Virus record (IMG/VR): IMGVR_UViG_3300031952_000004
Coordinates: 45,586-109,585 of that record
Length of the DNA: 64,000 bases
Source of the DNA: a virus
Reading direction: 5' to 3' (one strand)
A model generated the notes under the pieces. The model was not told where the DNA came from. It ran no database searches and saw nothing but the letters and a program-made list of their open reading frames with translations. This document shows positions 28,347 to 37,764 of the stretch, in pieces. Both the position numbers and the translations under genes were made by a program. Numbering within the stretch: the stretch's first letter is position 1; every line of letters starts with the position of its first letter.

Positions 28347-28723
28347 ATTACTTTATAGGTAGGGGTAGAATCCTTTATTCCTTCTTTCCATCCAGAAGTT
28401 TTCTTTCCATAATATTCCTGTCCAAATTCATTTATTTCTAATTTAATTTCGTTATCAGATAAATCAAAAATAAAGTTATAAACTCTATTTTCTTTTTTAG
28501 CCATAAGTATTACTCTAGTTATTTTAGTTTTATTGTCATTTAATAATGATTGTACTTTTTCAATAAGATGATTATAAGATTCGTAATTTTCAAGAATAAG
28601 AGTATGTTTAAAAAGAGTATATTCTATTTTTGAAATAGGTTTAATAGGCATCTCATTCCAAAGACTTCTCTCTATACTACCGCCCTGCCATATTTGTCCG
28701 TCCTTATGAGTTATAGTATACAT
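28343..28723 (-). CDS. Hypothetical protein, last gene of - arm
   Basis: AGGTG RBS; stop overlaps the + arm's last stop. Confidence 0.6.
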   Translation of the reverse strand: MYTITHKDGQIWQGGSIERSLWNEMPIKPISKIEYTLFKHTLILENYESYNHLIEKVQSLLNDNKTKITRVILMAKKENRVYNFIFDLSDNEIKLEINEFGQEYYGKKTSGWKEGIKDSTPTYKVI

Positions 28724-28746
28724 AATTATTCACCTTTATTGAATGT

Positions 28747-30411
28747 TTATTCACGTTCTAACGATTCTTTGATAAAATTTAATACGAAATAAATGACTTC
28801 TTTAATTTCTCGAAAGTTTGTAGTTGAAGAAAATAATCTAAATTCTATAGTCTGATAATCTTCTTTAGGTAGATGTGAAATATTTAAAGAATAATATTTT
28901 TCGTCAATGTAGCTATAATGTCTAAAATTAGTTCTTAGATTATTTCTAAAATTATGTAATTCTTTTTCTGTAAGTTTATGCAGCTCACTCTTTGGTAATA
29001 GTTTACATGTATTAGCAATGCGTTCTTTAGAAATATTAAACCTTTTAGCAATATATTTTTGTTTATGTATCCATTCTTTTATAATAGTTATAATTTGTTT
29101 ATCTGTTAAATTTTTAATATTACAATTATGAACAATTAAACCATTAGCAATGTAGGTATTTGTCCCAGTTTCAAAATTATATACTCTTACTTTTTTTCCT
29201 TTTTTGTAAGTAATTCTTGATATATCTTTACAACCCCAATACTTTAAAGGTTTATATTTTAGTTTATTGGGATGTGTTTGAGCATAAAAATCTATAGCGG
29301 GCATTATTCTTAGTTCATAGAATTTTCTATTAGATATTTGAGTTTTTCTAATTCTTAATTTAAACGAAATATTTAATTCGTTACAATATTGTTTAATTTT
29401 ATTTATTTTTTTTAAGTTTGTATTGCATAAAATTATTTCATTAGATGTTTGTGTTCCTTCTGCATCAAAAAAACCTGCCAAATATCCGAGTTTATAAAAT
29501 GTGCTATTTCTAAGATGAGAATTTCTTAAAAAATTATATACATCCTTTCCTCCTACACATGAATAAAAATAATTTTTATTATCTTGATGTATTGACATAT
29601 TTCTTTTCAATCCAACTTTGTTAAAACATATATTAATAAAATTCAACAAATTTTTATCTTTACAATGAAAAGTTATTTTTGAATTTTTGTTATGTTTTGC
29701 ATTGATAATATGTCCGTCGCCAGATATATATCCATCTAACCATCCTCGATGCCACGATTTGTCTCTATAATTTTCATCCTGTCTATTGTTATTGAATGTT
29801 ATATATTTTGTTTGTTTTATATGTTCGGCAGGATAGAAATAATTAATTCTTCTATTATTTACAGGCGTTTGAGCTAAATATTTAATAATGGGATGTTCTG
29901 GAGTTACAGATACTAAAAATTTATTATTATAATATAAATCGATTGTATCTGCATTTCGACAATATTTTTTGCTTATTTTAGTAGAAATAAATTCTCCAGA
30001 AATTAAATTCAATCCCAAAATATTGTCCCCTATTTTAATTCGTTCAATAGATTTTGAGGTGTAATCAGGTAACATAATTTTAGTTCCCCATTTAAAGCAA
30101 TGAATATGTAAACCACAAGTAGGTTTTGCTTTTCCTCTATAAACACGTACTAAAGCTAATATTTCTTTTATTTGAAGAAAAGAATCTTCATTATAATATA
30201 GATGATTAGAATTTTCAGGAGAAAGTTCAATTCCATTATTCAAAGACCCATCGTTTTTTATCTCCCAACCCTTTAAGGTTTTACCACGTTCAATAAGTCT
30301 ATCAGATTCTGTTTTAGCTGGTAATTCGAATTCAAATTCAGGAGCAAATCTGATTTTCTTAATATCTATAAGTTTAATTTTGTCTTCTTTTTTATTTATT
30401 GACTTAACCAT
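28747..30411 (-). CDS. Putative amidoligase (COOH-NH2 ligase family) containing an intein
   Basis: EFEF, DGSL..GIELSP, TCGLHIH, KYYSLN, TIEFRLF motifs interrupted by an intein. Confidence 0.8.
   Translation of the reverse strand: MVKSINKKEDKIKLIDIKKIRFAPEFEFELPAKTESDRLIERGKTLKGWEIKNDGSLNNGIELSPENSNHLYYNEDSFLQIKEILALVRVYRGKAKPTCGLHIHCFKWGTKIMLPDYTSKSIERIKIGDNILGLNLISGEFISTKISKKYCRNADTIDLYYNNKFLVSVTPEHPIIKYLAQTPVNNRRINYFYPAEHIKQTKYITFNNNRQDENYRDKSWHRGWLDGYISGDGHIINAKHNKNSKITFHCKDKNLLNFINICFNKVGLKRNMSIHQDNKNYFYSCVGGKDVYNFLRNSHLRNSTFYKLGYLAGFFDAEGTQTSNEIILCNTNLKKINKIKQYCNELNISFKLRIRKTQISNRKFYELRIMPAIDFYAQTHPNKLKYKPLKYWGCKDISRITYKKGKKVRVYNFETGTNTYIANGLIVHNCNIKNLTDKQIITIIKEWIHKQKYIAKRFNISKERIANTCKLLPKSELHKLTEKELHNFRNNLRTNFRHYSYIDEKYYSLNISHLPKEDYQTIEFRLFSSTTNFREIKEVIYFVLNFIKESLERE
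29125..30099 (-). mobile_element. Intein (325 aa) with LAGLIDADG endonuclease in amidoligase
   Basis: Starts CFKWGTKI, block B VTPEHP, LDGYISGDG and LAGFFDAEG, ends VYNFET..YIANGLIVHN, followed by Cys. Confidence 0.92.
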
Positions 30412-30558
30412 AATTTATATATTTTTATTATTTCTCTTATATCTAATTTATTACTAAACATTAAATAAATAGAAAAAGGTAAAACTAAAAATACAATAAA
30501 AAGCATACCTAATGTAAATATTATTATTGCTAATGATAAATTAAGCATTAGTTTCTCC

Positions 30559-31098
30559 TTATTGTTTTTTTAACCAAATACTATACGCTTGATTAATATC
30601 ATTAATATCTATAGGATAATATTTCCATTGTTCAATACTAACATTACAACAATCTGTAAATTGATTATTCTTTTTAATTCTAGAAAATTGCCATTTATTA
30701 TGTACATGTCCTACTATGTTAAATTTATAATTAACGTCTGCAAAATCTGGATTATGAACTAAATTAATTCTTTTTCCTCCATGTTTTATAACTAATCTCT
30801 CTATGGGAGTTTTAAGAGAATTATTCTTATCATGATTACCCTGGATAAAAATAATATTTTTACAATTAAGTTGATTAATGAAGTATTGAGGTTTATCTTT
30901 TTCGCCTTCTCCTCTACCAGAACCTGAACGAAAAATAAAATCTCCTACAAAGAAAACCATATCTTCTTTTTTAACTCTTTTATTAAAATTAGAAATAATG
31001 GTATTATTCATCTCATCCAATGTTTTAAAGGGTCTACCTGTGTATTTAATTATATTGAAGTGATTTAGATGCCAGTCAGAAGTGAAATAAATATTCAT
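30559..31098 (-). CDS. Calcineurin-like metallophosphoesterase
   Basis: SDWH, VGD, GNHD, H, GHVH motifs. Confidence 0.88.
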   Translation of the reverse strand: MNIYFTSDWHLNHFNIIKYTGRPFKTLDEMNNTIISNFNKRVKKEDMVFFVGDFIFRSGSGRGEGEKDKPQYFINQLNCKNIIFIQGNHDKNNSLKTPIERLVIKHGGKRINLVHNPDFADVNYKFNIVGHVHNKWQFSRIKKNNQFTDCCNVSIEQWKYYPIDINDINQAYSIWLKKQ

Positions 31099-31109
31099 AA
31101 AATTATCTC

Positions 31110-31718
31110 CTATTTTTTAGGATAAAGTATTTTATCTACTATTCCATACTTTAAAGCATCTTCGGGGAACAACCAAAGTTGTCCATTTTTAATTTGTGTT
31201 AATTGTCTTTGATTTAATTTAGTATGTTTTTTTAACATTTCATTCATTCTTTTTTCTAATCTAAATAAAAAACCAGCTTGGTCTTTAATATTTTGTACAT
31301 TACCTTGTAAAAGGTCAGAAGTACTATGTTGCATCCAAAATCCATTAGGAGTAATAAATCTTTTTTTACATACTATACTTATCATTGCTGCCATTGAGCA
31401 GGCTTCTCCTGAAATGATAGAATAAACAGGAGCATCTATGGCTTGTATTGTATCTATTATAGATAATCCATAAGTTACCCATCCGCCTGGACTGTTTATT
31501 TCCAAATTAATAGGTATAGTTTTATCTAGATAATTCATAGCTCTTATTTTAGAACAAACAATATCTGCACTAATATTATTAATTTCGTCGTAGAGAAGAA
31601 TATATCTATTTTTATTTAAAATTTTATAATAAAATTCTTCAGAGTATTTATCTTTTTTATCAATTTTCAAATCTTCTTTTATTTCTTCGTCGTCGTTATC
31701 CCGATAGATTTTATTCAT
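31110..31718 (-). CDS. clpP: ClpP-family protease subunit A
   Basis: INSPGG, GEACSMAA (Ser), MQH (His), YGIVDKI. Confidence 0.88.
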   Translation of the reverse strand: MNKIYRDNDDEEIKEDLKIDKKDKYSEEFYYKILNKNRYILLYDEINNISADIVCSKIRAMNYLDKTIPINLEINSPGGWVTYGLSIIDTIQAIDAPVYSIISGEACSMAAMISIVCKKRFITPNGFWMQHSTSDLLQGNVQNIKDQAGFLFRLEKRMNEMLKKHTKLNQRQLTQIKNGQLWLFPEDALKYGIVDKILYPKK

Positions 31719-32907
31719 TTATTCCTCCTATTTTTAATTTATTAATTAAAGGCAAGCATAAAAAAGATGTAATCGCACTAATACATATTAATATTTTTAA
31801 TCCTACTAAAGGCAGTAATAACGCACCGCTAAAACTAGATGCAGTACCAGCAGAAAGATTATTAATACCACAAAGTAAAGCAAATGTAGTTGCTTCCAAT
31901 CCATCAATTGAAGATTTAGCCATCCAATCCATAACAATAAGAAAAATAAACATACCTATAATACTATAAAAGAAGGTGTAAATTATTGCACTTATCGGTG
32001 TAAAATAAAGATAAGATAAAGTTGTAATTGCACCTAACCAGACAGAAATATGTAACCATTTTTTTATGTTGATTTTTTGACTTAATTTCCAATAAAATAA
32101 TGCTCCTAAAATAGAAACTCCAGAAGCAACTGCTTCTAAAACTCCCATAAATTGAAAAGACCATTTAAATTTATCTCGCATAATGTAGGAAAGAGGAGTT
32201 CCAAACGAAGGAGAATACTTATAAAGAAATAAAAATAAACATCCCCATAAAAAGGATTTATTTTTAAAAATTTGTTTATAAGGTTTAATTGTCTCCATTA
32301 GTGATAATCTTATCACTTTTTGAGATAATCTTTTTTCTTCTTTGTAAAAATATAGAGGAATAAACATAACTAAATAAAAAGGTATAATTAATAAGAATCC
32401 TATCTTATAATTAAAATGTTCGGCTAAATAACCTCCCAATAATCCTGTAACAATCGAAGCAATAGTAATCGCTATCCATTGAAGACTTTGAATTTTACCA
32501 GTAACATTATACTTCTTACCCTCAATACACATTGTACCATCTACAGCTACATCTCGAATAGCCGAATCCGTTGAATTCATAAACATCATTGTAATTAACA
32601 TTATTAAAGGTAAAGACCAAATTCCCAAAAACAATACGGTAATTAAATCTATAATTAAAGAGAGTGTTATCCACATTTTTCTGGACAAAAATTGGTCAAT
32701 AAAAAATCCCCACAAAATTTTAGGAATCCAAGCTAGACCTATAATAGAATTAAGAAGCATTAATTTTTCAGGAGGATACATAAGAACTTCTTTAAAATAT
32801 TTAAAAAGAGAAAGAGACGGCAAGCCTTCAAAGCCTTGACAAAAATATGTCAAAGCAGATAAAGCATATATCCAAAATATTTTTTTAGAATTTAGGTATT
32901 TTATCAT
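31711..32907 (-). CDS. MFS transporter, BT1/folate-biopterin (FBT)-like
   Basis: About 12 TM; AWIPKILWGFFID, AIRDVAVDG, GKIQS..W, GLEATTFALL..INN motifs. Confidence 0.75.
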   Translation of the reverse strand: MIKYLNSKKIFWIYALSALTYFCQGFEGLPSLSLFKYFKEVLMYPPEKLMLLNSIIGLAWIPKILWGFFIDQFLSRKMWITLSLIIDLITVLFLGIWSLPLIMLITMMFMNSTDSAIRDVAVDGTMCIEGKKYNVTGKIQSLQWIAITIASIVTGLLGGYLAEHFNYKIGFLLIIPFYLVMFIPLYFYKEEKRLSQKVIRLSLMETIKPYKQIFKNKSFLWGCLFLFLYKYSPSFGTPLSYIMRDKFKWSFQFMGVLEAVASGVSILGALFYWKLSQKINIKKWLHISVWLGAITTLSYLYFTPISAIIYTFFYSIIGMFIFLIVMDWMAKSSIDGLEATTFALLCGINNLSAGTASSFSGALLLPLVGLKILICISAITSFLCLPLINKLKIGGINE

Positions 32908-33169
32908 GGCATTTTTTACAAAGGGTTATTCCCCAATAAATATCCCATAAAAATTTACAATGCAAAGCATCTTTAAATGATTTTATAGTTGAATGTGATT
33001 TTTTAATTTTTAAAATAGTAGACTTAGAATGTTTTTTTCCTATCATCCATTTTCCAAAATTTAATTTTTTAGCTATTTTTTTAAGTTTTTTACTTAATAA
33101 TAATTTAGTTTTTTTACTATGATGCTTTCCTTTAAATCCTAAACTGATATATTTTGATTTTTTATTCAT
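32885..33169 (-). pseudogene. Internally deleted NUMOD3-HNH endonuclease remnant
   Basis: Two NUMOD3-like GKHHS/GKKHS motifs fused to LWDI..GITLCKKCH; first HNH His segment missing. Confidence 0.65.
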
Positions 33170-33735
33170 TATAATATTTTATCTATTATTCCTTTTACTA
33201 AACATTCTTCTGGAGATAACCACATTTCTCCATTACGTAAGGTTTGTATTTCTGTATCAGTTAATTTAGTATAAGTTTTTAGATGACTTTCAATTCTTTT
33301 CCATAATTTTTTAATAAAATCAGCTCTGTATTCTACTTTACCAGAATAATCTCCAGTAATTCCTCCAGACATATCATGACCCATCCATATAGCATTTTTA
33401 GTAATATAACGTTCTTTTCCTACAATAGAAATTAATCCTGCCATAGAACAGGCTTCTCCAATTATTATAGTGATAATAGGACTCTTAATCAATTTTATAG
33501 AATCTATTAAGGAAAAACCAGCAGCAATGTTGCCTCCTTCACTATTAACATATATTTTTATTGGTTTTTTATTCAAAGCATCTAATAAGAAAATCTCTTT
33601 AATTAATTTTATAGTATTTTCAGATTTTACTTCTCCTATTAAGAATAGAGTACGATGTTTTAATAAAATATCATCTACTTCTAATTTTTTATTTATATCT
33701 AATTTTTGAGGAACTATAGGTTTTTTATTTTTCAT
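33169..33735 (-). CDS. clpP: ClpP-family protease subunit B
   Basis: VNSEGG, GEACSMAG, MGH, GIIDKI. Confidence 0.88.
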   Translation of the reverse strand: MKNKKPIVPQKLDINKKLEVDDILLKHRTLFLIGEVKSENTIKLIKEIFLLDALNKKPIKIYVNSEGGNIAAGFSLIDSIKLIKSPIITIIIGEACSMAGLISIVGKERYITKNAIWMGHDMSGGITGDYSGKVEYRADFIKKLWKRIESHLKTYTKLTDTEIQTLRNGEMWLSPEECLVKGIIDKIL

Positions 33736-33747
33736 TTTAAAATTCTC

Positions 33748-33828
33748 CTATTTTAATTTTAAATTACATTTTTTACAAGAAGTGATTAAATTGGTTTTTC
33801 TACAATCTATACAGTAATATTTTTTCAT
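33748..33828 (-). pseudogene. 26-codon remnant of Zn-finger HNH gene
   Basis: MKKYYCIDC fused to NLITSCKKCN, i.e. the two ends of the local HNH family. Confidence 0.7.
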
Positions 33829-34352
33829 ATTTGAATAATTAAGATAGATAGAAGGACAATTAATCCCCAAACTATAGTTTCGACCCAATTTAGTGTTTTA
33901 CCAAATAATTTATAACTTCCAAAATTTCTCCAACTCATTAAAGCATTTATCATACAAATACCTAAACTACATAAGATGTATACTAACCAATTTTTCTTTA
34001 AAATAGGAATTGAAATCAAAGATAGGGCAATTAACACTCCTATCGTTCCTCTCGTAAATACATTAGCTAAACTTTCATTATGATTGAATAAGTTATAAAA
34101 GAAAGCACCCAATTTACTTCCTTTATCATCTTCACAAGGAATTCCATAACCCATAGAAATAGGTATTGACATTAATATTATAGTTATAATTAATAAACTT
34201 TCTGTAGAAGAATAAGCTAAAGAAGTAATTAATCCAGGAATTAATATTCTTCTATATAATTTAGAAGAATTATCGGCTCCTCCCAATGCTCCTAAGAAAC
34301 CACCCAATAAAGGTAAAGCACAAGTTATTATTTTATTTATTATTTTTTTCAT
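33825..34352 (-). CDS. Multi-pass membrane protein
   Basis: Five to six hydrophobic segments. Confidence 0.7.
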   Translation of the reverse strand: MKKIINKIITCALPLLGGFLGALGGADNSSKLYRRILIPGLITSLAYSSTESLLIITIILMSIPISMGYGIPCEDDKGSKLGAFFYNLFNHNESLANVFTRGTIGVLIALSLISIPILKKNWLVYILCSLGICMINALMSWRNFGSYKLFGKTLNWVETIVWGLIVLLSILIIQI

Positions 34353-34957
34353 TTAATAGAACTCCAATATAATTGGAATAAATTATTTATCATTGGAATA
34401 CCCTTTATAACAAACCAGGGGAGTATAATAATATTTAAAAAAGTAAATATTCTTATAAATGTAGTAATCAATTTTTTTAATATAATAATACTTTTCTTTT
34501 TTCCTATAAATTTTTCTAGCAAGACTAATATAGGATAACTTCCATCCAATCCAGGAACTGGAATTAAATTACTCATTCCTGCTAACAAATTAAAAAATCC
34601 TATATACCACAAATAATAATTATTTATTTTTAAACTTAATAAACACATTAAAATACCAAAAATAATATTCACAAGGCATCCTGAAATTGCTATTAAAAGT
34701 TTTTTATAATATCTTAAATTCATAAAAGCAGTAGGACTTTTAGAAAAATCTAATTCTCCTTCTAATTCGCAATAACCGCCTAATAAGAAAGGAGTAATTT
34801 TATATATTGTTTTATTTATTTTTATTTCAAATCCAAATTTTCCAAAACCAAGACTATATTTAATAACTTTACATTTACATAATTTAGCAGTTATAAGATG
34901 GGCTGTCTCGTGTATACATATTAAGGCAATCAATGAAATTAGAAATAGTAATATCAT
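34349..34957 (-). CDS. M50 site-2 intramembrane metalloprotease (RseP-like, no PDZ)
   Basis: IHETAH, SLGFG, LGGYC, AISG..VN, NLIPVPGLDG. Confidence 0.9.
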   Translation of the reverse strand: MILLFLISLIALICIHETAHLITAKLCKCKVIKYSLGFGKFGFEIKINKTIYKITPFLLGGYCELEGELDFSKSPTAFMNLRYYKKLLIAISGCLVNIIFGILMCLLSLKINNYYLWYIGFFNLLAGMSNLIPVPGLDGSYPILVLLEKFIGKKKSIIILKKLITTFIRIFTFLNIIILPWFVIKGIPMINNLFQLYWSSIK

Positions 34958-35119
34958 CTAGTTCTCCATTAAATAAATAAAATAAGCATACCAATAATCA
35001 CGATTTATGTTTACTTTCAAATTGCATCCACGACAACTAGTAATTAAATTATCTTCTTTATTATTTTGTTTATTATAATTAATATGATGTACTGTTTTAT
35101 TTCTTTTAAATTTATTCAT
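34958..35119 (-). pseudogene. HNH catalytic-domain-only remnant
   Basis: VHHINYNKQNN..NLITSCRGCN..NRDYWYAYF..MEN; no Zn-finger N-terminus. Confidence 0.7.
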
Positions 35120-35120
35120 T

Positions 35121-35762
35121 TTATTTGCGATAATTAACATCTCTATATCGGCGGTCGAATAAGACGATTCCTGATTGATGGTCGCACTCATGTTGTATTG
35201 CAAGTGCTTCTAAATCTTGTGAACAAGAAGTAAGTTCTTTAAAATTCTCATCTAAATATGTAATAGTAATATAGGTATATCTTTTTGTTGTTACGGAAAT
35301 TCCAGGAAAACTTAGACAACCTTCATTATTAACTCTAATAGGTCTATCGTGTTCAATAATTTTAGCATTAATCAAAATAAATTCATTGTATTGCATCTGT
35401 TTATTTTTGTCAACAAACTTTGGTATCTTAATATAAGAAATTTTCTTATTAATACCTATTTGATTGGCAGAAAGACCGATACCACCCTTATTAACTAAAG
35501 TATCTTTAAGGTCTCGAATAATGTCATCAACATCTTCTCCTTTTTCTACAAGAGCACAAGGCTTTTTTAATTCATTAATGTTTGTTATAATAGGAAAACC
35601 TGCTGGTTTTACTTCTATAAAAGTAGGTTTATAATCTTTTTCTAGCATTTTTTTTAATGCTTCTCTCTCTGATTTAGTTAAATAACCTTTTTCCATTTTG
35701 ACTTTTTGTTCTACTTTATAAATATCAAATTCTAATTGGTCTTTAAAAGTTTGTTTAATCAT
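35121..35762 (-). CDS. def: Peptide deformylase
   Basis: GIGLSANQIG, EGCLS, QHECDH motifs. Confidence 0.93.
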   Translation of the reverse strand: MIKQTFKDQLEFDIYKVEQKVKMEKGYLTKSEREALKKMLEKDYKPTFIEVKPAGFPIITNINELKKPCALVEKGEDVDDIIRDLKDTLVNKGGIGLSANQIGINKKISYIKIPKFVDKNKQMQYNEFILINAKIIEHDRPIRVNNEGCLSFPGISVTTKRYTYITITYLDENFKELTSCSQDLEALAIQHECDHQSGIVLFDRRYRDVNYRK

Positions 35763-35882
35763 TTTTTGCTCCTTGCTCTTTTTAATAATTCTAAAATTAC
35801 ATCAGATTGCGTTATTCTTTTTGTTCTTTCGAGATACATCAATTCATCATAGTTTAATTTACTTAAAATTTTATCAATCATT

Positions 35883-36317
35883 TTATTTTCCTCCTAAAAT
35901 TAATAAAATTGTTCCTATAATCATACCCCACCAATAGGTATAAGGTAATCCTAAGAACCATCTAAGATGCCATTCGATTTGTTGTTTACGAAATCTTCTC
36001 CAAGTGTAATGAGGATTAAACATGAACCATAAGGCATCTTCTACGACAAAAAACCAAGATACTAATCCTAAAACTTTTAATTCTGTTTTTAGACTACCTA
36101 ATTCGTTAATAAAACCTCCATGAAAAACAGTAATAAATAAAAGTAATAAATATATATGATAACCAGTTAATGGTTTTCCTCCTAATAAAGTTCTAAAGAA
36201 AACATTAATACGAAAAGTAGGAAGTTGTTTAGCCCATCCGTTTCTTCCTTCTACCTGTATTTCCCACAAAGCAGTTATAATAGCTAAGATTAATGTAAAG
36301 ATATAATATTTAATCAT
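35883..36317 (-). CDS. Membrane protein
   Basis: Four TM segments; EIQVEG..GW, EDALWF..NP motifs. Confidence 0.7.
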   Translation of the reverse strand: MIKYYIFTLILAIITALWEIQVEGRNGWAKQLPTFRINVFFRTLLGGKPLTGYHIYLLLLFITVFHGGFINELGSLKTELKVLGLVSWFFVVEDALWFMFNPHYTWRRFRKQQIEWHLRWFLGLPYTYWWGMIIGTILLILGGK

Positions 36318-36892
36318 TCTTTTTCCTCGAATAGATTATTACAATTTAAACATTTAGCTTCCAAATAAGTAGCACACCTAATTGTAGTACATCCACAAGA
36401 ATATTTTTTCATCTTTGTAGGAGCAATTATTGTAAAATGAGTTTTTCTGTATAGTTTAAACGTAACTTCATTAGGTTTAATTTTTTCTATGATTTTCTTT
36501 AAATTATCAGATAAAGAAGTTAATCCCCATCCATGTCTTCCGTCTTTTTCTACGTTTAAACCGTAAATTTCTGCTCTTTCTTTAAATGCTTTATTGTGAT
36601 ATTGTTGTGAATTACAATCTTCAATCTTATCACAAGTATTAGAATAATGTACCATTTCATGAACTAAAGTTTCGATAGGATTATTATTTAATTCTTCTGC
36701 ACAAATATTAATTTCACTAATAGTTTGTTTACCTCGTTCCCATTTATTTTCCCAATGCCAACCAAGAACTTTTTGTCTACCTTTGGATTGAATGGTAATA
36801 ATAGGTCTAGGATATTTTAATTTAAATTCAATAGCTAGAGCATCATAGATTCTTTCTAATTCTTTAATAACTGGTATAATTGAATTATTCAT
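36314..36892 (-). CDS. SprT-like zinc metalloprotease
   Basis: EINI..TLVHEMVH..YHNKAFK, C-terminal YSCGC..CLNC. Confidence 0.8.
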   Translation of the reverse strand: MNNSIIPVIKELERIYDALAIEFKLKYPRPIITIQSKGRQKVLGWHWENKWERGKQTISEINICAEELNNNPIETLVHEMVHYSNTCDKIEDCNSQQYHNKAFKERAEIYGLNVEKDGRHGWGLTSLSDNLKKIIEKIKPNEVTFKLYRKTHFTIIAPTKMKKYSCGCTTIRCATYLEAKCLNCNNLFEEKE

Positions 36893-37127
36893 TTTTCTTT
36901 TTATAAGTAGGAAATATACTGGGGAATTTTTTTCGTGCTATTCTCAATGCGATTAATCCCTGACATTTATGAATAGCTTCTGCAAATTCTTCTTTTTCAG
37001 AAGGATGTTGTTCTTCCAATTTAACAAAAGAATTATATGATTTAGTTAAATAATCCAATACTTGTTTTTCTAATTTAGTCAATTTTACTTTCTCCTTTTT
37101 CTCTAATAATATAAGTAAAGTACGCAA
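36885..37127 (-). CDS. Small hypothetical protein (true start probably near 37083)
   Basis: QHPSEKEEF..AIH..Q..IA.R helical motif. Confidence 0.55.
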   Translation of the reverse strand: MRTLLILLEKKEKVKLTKLEKQVLDYLTKSYNSFVKLEEQHPSEKEEFAEAIHKCQGLIALRIARKKFPSIFPTYKKKNE

Positions 37128-37764
37128 ACCAATAATCTCTGTTAAAATTTGCTATGGAATTACAGCTCTTACATGTAGTTATTAAATTCTCCTCTGCACA
37201 ATGTTCTTTATTATAATCTATGTGATGTACAGTATTTCCCTTCTTATTACATCTTTGGCAAGTATAATTATCTCTTTTTAGAATTAATGTTTTTAATTCA
37301 TCATCAAATTCAAATGGATAAGGCAAATTACTTATTCCTTCTTGCCAATTGGGATGATTTTTACCTTTAAATAAAATAGGTTGCAAATTAGTCCAATAAC
37401 ATTCTTGACATCTCGTTGATTGCCAACTAATCAATTTTTTACAATCCACGCAGTAGTTAGATTTAGTAGAACGCCCATCAATATAATTATGAACATTTTC
37501 AGGATTTTTAAAAAACTCTTTCATAGATTTACTATTAGCACAACCTCTGCATCTTCCTTGACCGTAATATCCCGATTGATATGTAATTTCTTTTTTACAA
37601 TCTACACAATAGTATTTTTTCATGGTTCTACCATCTATCAATCTACGTTGATTCTTTTGAGTCGCACAAGAACCACATTTGTTTGCATAATCGCAGATTA
37701 ATTTTCCACAATCCATGCAATGGTGATTTTTGATATAATGCTTTTTATATAATTTTACTTTCAT
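37075..37764 (-). CDS. Zn-finger HNH homing endonuclease
   Basis: CxxC repeats; ILKRDNYTCQRC..VHHIDYNK..NLITTCKSCN. Confidence 0.88.
   Translation of the reverse strand: MKVKLYKKHYIKNHHCMDCGKLICDYANKCGSCATQKNQRRLIDGRTMKKYYCVDCKKEITYQSGYYGQGRCRGCANSKSMKEFFKNPENVHNYIDGRSTKSNYCVDCKKLISWQSTRCQECYWTNLQPILFKGKNHPNWQEGISNLPYPFEFDDELKTLILKRDNYTCQRCNKKGNTVHHIDYNKEHCAEENLITTCKSCNSIANFNRDYWFAYFTYIIREKGESKID

Noticed and set aside
31110-33735. ClpP genes as prohead maturation proteases
   Set aside because: They lie in the opposite arm, away from head genes, and a separate protease/scaffold sits next to the capsid gene
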